64,000 bases of DNA, taken from positions 184,946,001-185,010,000 of the forward strand of contig JBITNC010000001.1 in assembly GCA_050084985.1 (NCBI GenBank). The letters run 5' to 3'. The translations under genes and the position numbers were made by a program. Below the pieces are notes generated by a model. That model was not told where the DNA came from. It did no database searches and was given only the letters and a program-made list of their open reading frames with translations. This stretch comes from Nageia nagi. Lineage: Eukaryota > Plantae > Pinophyta. Each line of letters opens with the position of its first letter. Position 1 is the stretch's first letter. Below, in pieces: positions 25,955-37,514 of the stretch.

Positions 25955-26556
25955 AATGAAATTTAAATGCTTGTTAAGGATCTTTTAGATGTAGGTGTCA
26001 TTCCTACTACCTAGTGTGAGCCCTTATGCCTCCTTGGTAGTAGTGGTAAAAACAAATGATGGATCTTGGTACCTTTGCATATTAAGGATAAGTTTCCCTT
26101 TTTAGTCATTGATGATATCTTAGATGAATTTAATCTAGCCATGTTCTTCACTTAGACTTGAGATTCACATACCATCAAATTAGAGCGGAAAATTCCGATA
26201 TTCCTAAGTTTGAATTTTGAACATATGAGGGCTACTACGAGTTCTTAGTTATGCCTTTTGGCCTCACCAATGCCCCTCAACCTTTCAATGTTTGATGAAG
26301 ACAATCCTCAAACCTAACTCAGTTTGTTTATTTTTATTTTCTTTCATGACACTCTCATTTATAGTTGAATCTGAAAACATCATCTTCGCCATCTAGAAAT
26401 GGTGGTGGAAAGTCCACATCTCAACCATTTGTTTGTTAAGTGATCCGAATGCTTTTTTGGGTCTACGGAAGTAGAATTTTTGGGTCACATTGTGTCCATT
26501 AAAGGGGTTAAGGAGGACCCCACCAAAAGTTAAACGATGCAAAAGTGGCCCAAAGC
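25955..26556 (+). pseudogene. Second gypsy RT fragment, inverted relative to the adjacent minus-strand RT
   Basis: DGSWYLC, DDILDE, YHQIR, YEFLVMPFGLTNAP and EVEFLGHIVS..GVKEDPTK. Confidence 0.85.
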
Positions 26557-28844
26557 ATAGGTCATAAATATTTAATAAACTTATATTTATTTAAAAAAAA
26601 TTAATTTATATAAGATATCTATAATAAGTTATCAATTAAATTTATCATTTAAATATTTTATAGTTATTAAATAAATTTAAATCTAAAATTTTATTAAATT
26701 TAATTTAATAAATTTAAAAGTGATAACTATATAATTTATATTTTATTTAAGTATTAAATAAGTAGAGAAATAAATGTTGTCCCCTTGACGTTTCCTAAAA
26801 ATGGGTTGTCACCACCTCTCATCCTCGAAACATGTCCCCTCATTTCTAGGTTTCTAACCATCCTCGTCCCTAAGATGTTGTGCAACCTTGCATCCTACAT
26901 AGGAGTTTTAGCCTAGTAGGGTACACTAGTCTCATCACCCCAAGAAGCACTTATTGGACACTTTTGGGACTCAACTTACAAGGAATTAAATGATCCTTGT
27001 TATTGTCATGATCACTCAAATGCTTATTATGATTGTCATCATCCTTATCACGCTCTTCGTGCCTCCCATCGTCAACGTCTAGAGAGGTCTAAATAAAGTT
27101 ACATAAGAATATTGATCATCATAATCCTTAATCCTTAATCCTTAACACTATGATAAAATGATGCCATCCCTTAACTACAATGAGAGTAATACTATTATGA
27201 GTCCCCTCAATGACTGAAAAATAACTAGAAATCAACTTGATGTTGTCCATATAAAAAATGTACTCTTCATTAGTTTCTTCAAAACCAAGAAGAAATGAAT
27301 ATATGTATGAAAATGAATTGTAGCCCATGTAGCCAGTTGTTTCTCAACAATGAGAAAGAACCAATTAAGATTGGATAAATATAAAAGCTTCACCTAAAGT
27401 AGCACCCTTGTAAGGACCATTTAATATTTCTTGAGACCTTTGTGATGTTTGAGCATCACATGGACCAAGATGTCTTGCTGTCTCCAAAGACTCATTAGGT
27501 TAATTAAGGTTATTTGTAGTATAGTTACTTCAACAAATATTCAAATTATGTGATCAAAATATTCAGTCAATGAAAATAAATAATCACCTGAAAATTCGGC
27601 AAAAATACATATACATAATTGCCTTAAAATTTGGCAAAAAATGAGTTTTTGGCATGGTCATGAGATTCAATGAATATGCAATTTTGCCGATAATTGCGGA
27701 ACAATTCCCGAATAATACACATTTGATGCATTTTATGAAAATTTAGTTTTTTTTTGCATTGTTAATTTGCTGTTTCTTTGCCAAATATTCTTTGAATGAC
27801 TGAATTTCAAAAGCTTGAACCCAAATGAATATTGGCGGAATCTGAATTTCACTACTATGAGTGGAAATGACCATAGTGATAAACTTTGCTAGTATCGGAG
27901 GGCTGTCACACATAGGTTACCATCATGATGAAGTTCGGGTAAAACATTCCAAGCATGTGGAGAAACTCTATCTCAACCCTTCATCAATCTTATATCTATG
28001 TGCACAATTCAATTGGGAGTTGGGACAACTGCAACCTAAGGAGGGGCATTTGATCTAAGTTATTTAATTCATCTTCTAATAAATTCATTTGAATCCTCTA
28101 AACTGCATCATTGTTCATTTTCAATCTTCATTTTGTGTTGCATTTCATGTTCTTGGTGGTTTCTAATAGGTCAATTTCTGGTGGGCATAACTTAGCAAAC
28201 ATAAATTCATCTGCCTATTCAAAATATGTTGAAAGCTCATTTTGATAAGAACCTTCATGTTTACAAAATTGCAACCTGATCTACAGTATCATGTCTATGT
28301 AATGAAAAGCCCACAGATAGATCAAAATGGTGACATGATCAAATAAATTACAATTCTGCAGATTATTCAACTGGTAAGACGCTATTTTGGCTGTTTGATT
28401 ATAAAATCATGACCAAAGAAGTGTGATTTTACTGCTCCGTGTTGACAATATTGCAGACAATAAGATTAACTGACAACCTACACCTATTTCATGGAATTAT
28501 CATTCATCGCCAATTTTGTTTGTAGGGTTGAAAAATCGAAATAGGAAACTGGCTTTTACCCAACTTTTAAAGATTGCTGCATTTTCATTTTTTCTCTTTT
28601 TTCTTCGTGGAGTTTGGCCAAGTCCAAGCTTTTAAAAAGTTTTGGTCTCACCTAACATTTGTCTAGTTGTAGTTTTACAACTATGACTGAGATTTTGTGC
28701 CATACATGTCTATGCAAAGATATTACTTGTACAAGTACTTATGCTAATATAATCTATTGATTTGTGTACATTCTGGGATTTTTATAGGGATGTTGCTGGT
28801 GATAGCTCTTCTTTTTCTAATCCAGTTTTTCCTTTGACTTGTGT

Positions 28845-29658
28845 TGTGGAAGATCCGTATCACAATATCAAGTACAAATAATCAAAAACAAGAAAATATG
28901 GTCTCAAATTTAAGCATAAACAAAATCTCAATGCCAACATCTTACACATACAAGCATAAATGCAACAAAACACCTCAACGTTTCAAATATGGAAGCATAC
29001 ACATCAAAGACATGACAAATGTTGAGATCCAAGATGCCCATGGCTGTATTAATGATGAAGAATGACAAATGATACAATACCAGGCCCAAAGGGCTCAACT
29101 TTGGCCTCCAAGGAGCCAACTAGGGCACAATGAACATACAAATATGATCACTGTTGGTACCACGGAACAATGGATGGGATAGCCTCACTCCCTCAAGCTT
29201 GGATGCTCTGCTGCAGAACTCCCATGCTTGGAAACCATTGAAGGTTGAAGTGTGACCTCATAATACCACTAGATGGACTAAGATGCTACACCTTAGCCGT
29301 AGATTAGCAAGATCCCTCAGCTTGCTAACCATCCTAGATGCTGCACTTAGAGAGATTGCTTGACGTTGCACCAAGTCTTGTGTCCACTGGACGGTAGGAG
29401 AAATAATGTGTCCTAGGTATCACACATATGCCAATACTGCCTAGGGATGTCAATAATTACAAGATCCAATGGCTAGATATGCAACGCCTTATTATTGAAG
29501 ACTAATATTGCATTTACAATTATTAAATGCCTTGGAATCATGTATTACAACTCATACAAGTGGCCCTCATAAACCAAATTAAATCTATTCTTAATTACAA
29601 AGCTCACACCTAAATATAATCCATAACTAACTCATATCCCAAGGAGTGGGATGTCACA
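28845..29658 (-). mobile_element. LTR distantly related to family A
   Basis: Ends GGGATGTCACA; shares atatgcaacgcct..gactaatattgcatttacaa with the family A LTRs. No TSD seen. Confidence 0.6.
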
Positions 29659-30859
29659 TTTCAAGGGGTCAATATGGAGATGTTTTTGGATTTCCGTGGG
29701 TGGCCGTGATATGGAAGATTGGTCCAACTGGCGAACTTCAAGAGGCCATAACTCTCTCGTTTCCTGATGAAACCATGTTGTGTAACTTGTCAAAATGTTT
29801 CCCACGAGATGCCCTATCCAATGAACAAATCAAATCAACTCTCCAAGACCTATGACGAATCTATCCTCAAATAATTCATCCTAAACTTAGGAGGAAGATG
29901 TCCCACTTTGGGGCTCACAATGTGGGTCCATAGGACCATTATATTCTATCCCAACAAATATATGAGCAATTGAAATATTTACAAAAAGGGATGTTACATG
30001 TTGTGGGAGACATTGATGCCACTTTTGACTATGCTTGTCATATACCTCATTGTTGTTTGTGCCCTTTGTGTTGAGAGGCAATATGATAAACTTAGTGGAG
30101 ATTAGATTATTGATGTTGGAGGCAGAGGAGCAAATAAAACAAGATGGCTCATAAATGAGGGATTTAAAAAAATCCATTGAATTGCTTTTATACATAATAT
30201 ACTTGGTTATAAGTAATCAACTAACTTAAACTACCTCAATATCTCTTTCCATCCATCTTGCCACAGAATTCTGTGATAACTCTTAGAACAATAGAACCTC
30301 TAACAATTACTTTTTCTAGTGATCTTTTCTTCCACACAGTGTTCATGCGTAATTCAAGTTCAACATTCATGGTTCTGTATCTTACTGCAAGTGGTTCTTT
30401 GATATCTTGGTTTTGCCTATCCAATCCTTAGGCTTCGCTGTCTCCCATTTTCTTCATAAGTTCAAGATGAATTCCTTAACTGATTTTGGTGGTAGTGTGC
30501 AAGAACACAGCTTCATTCCCAAGCTCAACCATTACGTAAGTAAATATTCTTATTTCTCATGTAGCTCTTGTATAGACTTTCCACACTTTTGCTTTGCAGA
30601 ACTAAACCTTTCAAGAAATTCCTGAACAAAGCTCAAGCATTGGGTTTGCATTTTCTTTATGGCAAGTTTGGAATTTTTTCTTACTCTATGATGATTTTGC
30701 ACAATATTTCATTCTCCAGTCTTAATTTTTGAATCTCTTGGAGAAAGTTCTGCCTTTTGCTGTCTATTTTCCTTGCTTGGGAAAATTGAATCTTAATATT
30801 TCCTTTACCCATCAGGGCTATTTTGAAGATATGGACTAGAACCTTCTTGATCGGAAATT

Positions 30860-32750
30860 TCACTTCTAGTACTTGATACAGCTGCCGTCCCAATATGGTG
30901 GTAACAATACATTTCCTTGCTTTTTAGTATACATATCTTTCCCACATGTAGGGCCACCCAAGCAAGACGTTGAAGTCATCCAAAGGAGCCACATTGGAAA
31001 TCACCTCATCTACGATGTTTTAATAGCATATGAAAGATAATATCAATCTCCATTCAACCATTTCAATGCATATGGTTGGAGATAAGGTGTTTTAGATACA
31101 TTTAAATCCTCAACATCATCCAAGGAAATCATTTTATTTTGGCTACCACTATCAATGATGAAATGGAGTGGTTAGTACCCACATTTGTGAATGAAAGAAG
31201 ATTTTTCTATCTAGCTTTAAATTTGCTACTTTTGGGGTGGCTATTGTTTTGGTGGTTTGTAATGTCCCCATTTTTTTTCCCAGTTTTGTAAATATTGTTA
31301 AAATGTGTCTAAGTGTTGTGTGGTGTTCTAGTTAGTGAAGTTCTAATGAGGTTAGTTATGTTTTATTTTAATAAAGTAAGATAGGTGAGTTAGTGGGATA
31401 TTTAGAAGTGTTCTAAATAAAGATTAGGTATTATAATATGTCACTGGCATTAGTGATTTATTTTAGCATGTACTTAAAATTCTTTAAGTCATTGTGGGTC
31501 CTCCTCAAGTGGAACATAGGCATCCAAGGGAGGAGATTGATTCTTCAATATGGAGCGTTGGATTTAGGGATTACATGTTGCAACCCTAAAAGAGATCTCA
31601 TTCTCCTTTTCTTTCATAAAGAAGAAGCATTTCATTTGTAAGGATGACATTATTGTTTCCTTGGAGAATATTGTTGTGGCTAGCAATTTCTATTTCTCTT
31701 GTAGATTGACAATCCTACAAGAGTAGTGTTAGAGATCCTAGAGGACTAAAACTCTCTAGAGGCTTGAGGCATCAAACCCTTGAGTTTCCCAACCTGGGAG
31801 AATTCATTCAGAATTCTTATTTGAGCATCATTGAGGAGAAGTGAAGACCTAGACATTCAATTCTGCATTTGGAGGGGTTGTGGACAACATTTTTGCATCA
31901 GATCTGAGAGCTTTCTTTCCCAGGTGGAGCGTTCAGCCTTTGTGGGTGAAATTCTGCATTTTGGAGGGTTTTCTGGCTTCCCCAAGCCAACGTCCAGGCT
32001 GGGACAATTTCTGGAATTTTTTGTGGCAATTTTGAGTATCAAATAGCATAGATCTGTCCTTCCAAGATAGATGTCCTGCCCTAGGGCCATCACTTGGTGA
32101 TTTTGAGACATTTTCTTGCAATTTCTGGGTTGTATTTGTCATTCTGAAGTAAATAATTCTGAAGTGGATTTGATCTGTCAATTACTGTTAATTTTCTGTA
32201 ATTATTTCAGTAATTGTCCAGATCTGAGATCTAAGGTATTGTTAGAGTAGATCTGGCATTGTTTAGAGTAGATCTGGTATTGTATTGAGTGGATCTGATT
32301 ATTGCTGCAAAAGATCTAGCATTTTTCTTTAATATTTCTGCTTTCCTAGTTTAGCTCATTACATGGTTTGGTTTCACTGACATGGCTTTCATTAACTGAC
32401 TCTTCTTGAAAGGTTGTTTCTTCTTCATTTGAGGCTGATGGCCATACATTCATGGTTTTGCCTTCCTTCCCTGAATGCGTTTCTGATTCATGGTAGTTAC
32501 ATCATTTCTCTTCTTATCTCAGCTGACCATTGTCTAGATTGGAGCTGGGCCTTTTGCTCATTCATCATCTTGAACTTTTTTTCAAATGTTGTTTGGAACA
32601 TGTATACTTTCTCCAATGTATTGTACTCCTCCAGGTCAATATGAATATCCAACTTTGCTTCTAATGTGTGGAAAGTGTTGGAATATTCAACCAGTTGATC
32701 CTGTTCTAGTTGCAGCTGCTGCTACCTCATCCACTAGTCATGTTCTACTT
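30860..32750 (-). pseudogene. Decayed gypsy gag/protease remnant, split by solo LTR C
   Basis: Minus strand reads FIIDSGSQN...PYLQPYAL...VAPLDDFNVLLGWPYMW, plus gag-like EYSNTFHTLEAKL. Confidence 0.6.
31258..32363 (+). mobile_element. Solo LTR, family C (1106 bp)
   Basis: TGTAATG...CATTACA termini and perfect TSD TGGTT. Confidence 0.9.
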
Positions 32751-33886
32751 TAATGACCTCTGCAAAATCTTCTCAAGTCATTTCTTGCTTCTTTTTATCT
32801 CCTCCTTTCTTCACATTTGCACAATTTGCCTTCCACCCGTTCTTAACAGGAATGGTGGCTTTCAACCTGCAAAAGGAACCTTTTCTTATTTGGTTAAAAC
32901 AATCCCAGAGAAGTATGAGTTCATCTGATCCATCCAAGATTTTAGTTAAAAACATTGGAGACACGAAGCTTATGTTTTAATATTGCTGCATTGCATTATA
33001 ATGGGTAGTTAAAAATTGTAAGTTACAAAGTCATTAAAAAAATATTGGACGTGGAAAAGGGAAAAGTATTATATTGGAAAAAGACAATTGTGAACAAGAA
33101 ATGATGTCAAATAAGCATGGAGATCCTTTGAAAGTGAAATGGAGTAGAGTGAATGTATAAACAATTGTTAGTAAGTATGCTCACCTTTTATGATGAATTT
33201 ACTTGCTTGAAGGAGTCTTTTTTACAAATTTGAAATTATGGAAAATACATTTGAGAACTTGTTGCAAGAGGGATGAGCAATTTTGGTTACCAAATTTTAT
33301 GAAATGTAAGCAAAACTGGGGTACAAGAGCTATCTAAAGTAGATGGAATAGATAGGCCTCTTTGGTTGTTCATGAAGGGCTTCAAGTGACTTTTAGAGAT
33401 CTGATTTCCACTTACCATTATTAGGTTTATCTTGAGGTCCTAAATTTGTCAATTGTTGAGCCAGGAAATATTTCTTGTCTATCTTTTTTGCTCTTACTTG
33501 AAAAAGATATAAATCGAGATGGCATCCAGGGACAGCAGTTAAGATAATTGAGAACCTTCTTTTGATGTAAATTGCAATATTGTTTTAAAGAAGGAACATC
33601 GTGAGCATCAACACATCTAAGTAACATTGGAATAAAGAGAGAACACAAGAGTGCACCCTATATGGCAGTCTCTTGCGAAACATAAGAGAACACAATATAC
33701 CAAAAGAAGCAAATGTTTGATGAGAATCATGCAAGAGCAAATTGATAAATCACCTGGTGGATGATTGTGAAATGGAAGACGGTTTGTCTTTTTAGCAAGT
33801 AAGAAGCTATTTCATCTTACATGTTTTCCTCCAAGAAAAACATATGCAGTGGGGGTTAACTGATAGTTAACACAGTAAAATACTAT

Positions 33887-34021
33887 TTAATTGGTCACTC
33901 ATTAATGAATATCAGTTTAACTATGTAATGGCTACAAAATATTTAAAGTAAAATACTAATTAATTGGTCACTTATTAATGAATATCGGTTTAACTATGTA
34001 ATGGTTACAAAATATTTAAAA
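33887..34021. repeat. Tandem duplication, about 73-bp period
   Basis: ttaattggtcact.attaatgaatatc.gtttaactatgtaatgg.tacaaaatatttaaa x2. Confidence 0.85.
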
Positions 34022-34889
34022 ATATATTGGAGCAAAAGTCAAGCTTAGACAACGTTCTTCATTATTTAAAAATATCAGCTGTTGGGATGCTTTCTAATTT
34101 ACATCAGGCATTTTATTATTTATGAGATATTGATCTCAAAACTTTTAAAAACAAAATTTAACTTAGCAGTTCTTCAATATGGAGATTAAGGTTGCTCTTT
34201 TAATATTGGACTTGTAGCTGGATTTCAATTATTTTGAAAAGCATGCTGAAGAGAAACATGATAAGGATCTTAGGGAGATGGTTCAGAAAGAAGATTCTAT
34301 CTTGAGCAATGTGGATGGTAACCTTTAGCACGAAAGGGATATATGTTCCTGCAAGAGTTTTGACAGATTCTTGGAGTTTATTGTTTGGTTTTTTAACAGT
34401 GTGGAAGTTTTTTGTTTTCAAGTTTTGGCTAAGAATTAAAATGATTTGTATTTAAATTAATTTTTAAATAATGTCTCCTTGAGCTTATTCCAAGAAATTC
34501 TCAGGCTTGAACAAGGGAACCTGTAGTTTTTATATGTTGAAGGGGTATGTAGGAGCTCTATCAGTTTTAAGATTATTGTCGAGTATTATTTGAACTATAG
34601 AAGTCAGATGAACGGAGAGAACCTTGTTCTGCTCTTTGAATGAACTTTCTTGTGCTCAAGATATAGTTGCGTGACTGGAATTGATATTGTCATATGCATT
34701 GAAAGGTTGACCTTCAATTTTTTATAAAATAGTTTTATTTTGCCTTATTTATAAACATTTATATGTGTGTTGGCACTCCAAATTTCTTCTACTTCTCAAT
34801 TGGTTATTTGTGCATGATGATTCAATTTCTTGATTGGGGGAGGAAGGAATTATTTCTTGTTTAAAAGTGTGATTGTTGAATAATTGCAG

Positions 34890-35014
34890 GTGCTGGTATC
34901 GATCTATCAACTCTAAATGTAATGGAAGGAAAAATTTGTTGGGATCTATATATTGAGGGACTGGTAGTGAGCTCTGATGGAAATCTTCTAGACACCTTGG
35001 CTATTGCCATAAAG
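34890..35014 (+). CDS. RRP42: RRP42 coding exon 5
   Basis: (G)AGIDLSTLNVMEGKICWDLYIEGLVVSSDGNLLDTLAIAIK; flanked by tgcag and gtaaaa; phase matches exon 4. Confidence 0.95.
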
Positions 35015-36033
35015 GTAAAATCTATAATATTAATATTTACAGTGAGGTTTTTCTGACATGTTTGTCTTCAATTATGATTACAGTTTTCTTTTTGAGGGAT
35101 ATCAGGAGAGTAAACACATGGTTTTACATTTGTTTCATGTCTTTCTTTCTTATAACTTTGTAGCCATGTTACTATCTACTTTGACTGAATCCGAATTGTT
35201 TTTAGCCTTTGTATGCTGTAAACTTGCTTTTATTTGTATAGTCTTTCTGGCCTAATTCTATGTTCTTATATCATTTGATATAGAGTTCTATACTCCATTC
35301 AACAAGTGTAGTGGATTCCGTGATAAGTTTTTGTAAAAATTTGCATTTTTTTGCTTTTTCATTTCCATGGAATCACTTGTAATGAATATTACCACATAAC
35401 TTGATTTAACTGTACTTGTATAAGCAAAAAAATATGTATTATATTATTTTTTGTGATTTCATTAGTTGATATAATTTCGTTCTGAAACTCAGAACTATTA
35501 CTTGTATGAAAGCAACTATTAAGTTAAGGCATTGGTATATTGTATTTTGGTATAAAATTAGATATTTTGTGCATTGTAAGCTAATGGGTTTATATTTGGC
35601 CTATGCGTGTATGTATATCATAGTTGTAAGAATTGGCAAGTTGGCCAATGTAATGTCCCTATTTTTATGGTGTTTTCCCCATTTCATCTTTTTGTCTATT
35701 TTAGTAGTTTTTGGCCAATTATTGTAAGTTCCACTTAGAGACTTGTTGTGCCCTACACAACTCGCCCCAAAATCTTGCGATTTCGGGGACCCACCACAGC
35801 TCATGTCTATGCAACACCATATATTTGTCTTGTCTTCGCCTAACTAGAATCCACGTTTATCATCCCATCACCTAAGTATGTTTAATCGTCCAGTCTTAGT
35901 CATGTCAAAATGAAGGCTAAAATCCTCCAAATAAATGGCTAAGTTTGGAAATTCAAGTTGAGTCTATGTGAAATAGGGGAACCCGTTTTAAGTCCAAAAC
36001 AAGCCAAGTGAGTCTGGGTCACTTCCAAGCCCA

Positions 36034-37000
36034 ACGCATGCCTTAGGAAGACAAAATCTTATCTTTCTGGAATGTGCGCTCGGATTAGGGAGTCATCCAA
36101 GTCGGAATCTGAATCTGGAAAGGCAAATTGGGCTACTTCCAAGCCCAACGCATGCCTCAAAAAGACAAAATCTTGTCTTTCTGGGACATGTGCAAGGCTC
36201 TGGGAGGTGCCTGGGTTGAGATGAAGGATGGAGAAGGCCGCCAGGAGGCATCCCAAGGCTGGCGCGTGCTTCAAAAAGACAATCTTGTCTTTTAGGAGCA
36301 TGTGCATAAGCTAGAAGGCCGCCCGGATGAGTTTGGAGAATGAAAAAGTGAAGCATACTCACCCAGGAGGCTGGTGCATGCCTAAAAAAGACAAAATCTT
36401 AGTCTTTTGGGAGCATGCGCCAAGGGCAGGAAGGCATCCAGTTTGATCAAAGTGCAAAATTTGGCTAAGGCATGGAGCTTCAAAGCCTGAATCTAGCTTC
36501 AATAGGACGAGAGGGGTTGGCGCATGGTTCAAAAGGACAAATTCTTGACTTTTGGGAGCATGTGCCAAGCCTGGGAAGACATTAGGAAGGGAGAAACACA
36601 AAAAATTGGTTAAATCCTAAGAGCAAAAAGCTGAAACTCAATCAATTTGGCCATCTGCAACCCAACACATGCCCCAGAAAGACAAAATCTTGTCTTTTTG
36701 GATCATGCGCCCAAATTGGAGGAGTCGGAGAGTTGGGCGCACGTTTGGAAAAGACAAAATCTTGTCTTTTGAAATCATGCGCTTAGCTTGGTAGGTATTC
36801 TAGACCAGTTCGTTGGGCAAATTTGACAAGTTGGGACACCAAGAAGGGAAAAAATGGACAAGTTCAGGTCTCATTGTGATCATGAAGGATCGAGACAGAT
36901 GAGTGGGGTGAGCATGGAGAAATGACAAACAAAGAGCATGCATCCTAAGGTTAGGTGCATGCCTAAGAAAGACAAAATCTTGTCTTTTCTAGGCATGCAT
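36034..37000 (+). repeat. Array of 8 interspaced 46-bp palindromes (outer LTR B)
   Basis: Consensus approximately GCGCATGCTTCAAAAAGACAAAATCTTGTCTTTTTGAAGCATGCGC; starts at 36034, 36148, 36262, 36374, 36520, 36665, 36737 and 36955. Confidence 0.92.
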
Positions 37001-37514
37001 CAGCCCTAGAAGTGTTCCAGACCCCCACATCCAGTTTCCAACAGCCAAGTATGGAAGTTTGGGTGTGCATGTATCTCGAGGTCAGCCATCTTGATGGCCA
37101 AGATCAATTCCTCTCATACCTAGCCGACTAGGTTTCTTGGAGACCTAAAATTGCCTATAAATACAAAGCCCAAAAGCTCATTTTCTCAAAAAATCAATTT
37201 CATCTCCTCTTCATCTATTTTGCCATACTCTAAGGTAGAAGACAAAATTTGAGTTTCGAAACCCTTTATATCACTTACAAGGTTTGCACAAAAGGTTAGG
37301 AGACAAGATTGAGGTAACTTGAAGTGATTTTTCCTCTCCATTTACCCAAATACTTGGGGCATTACCTCACGTTAAGCGTCAGAATGGCCGAACCAAACCC
37401 CAAGACAACAGAGAGAGGTCGAGACAGAGCAAGTCATGACTACTAGCAATGCCTTGTCAAGTTAGAAGAACAACTTGACATTGTAGCTTTAATACAAACA
37501 CTACATGAAGATTC

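Noticed and set aside
26560-27860. Possible MITE or hAT ends
   Set aside because: Subterminal-like motifs are present, but TIR pairs and TSDs were not resolvable.
29760-29790. CTGATGA..GAAAC hammerhead-like core
   Set aside because: The two boxes overlap and the required flanking stems are not evident.
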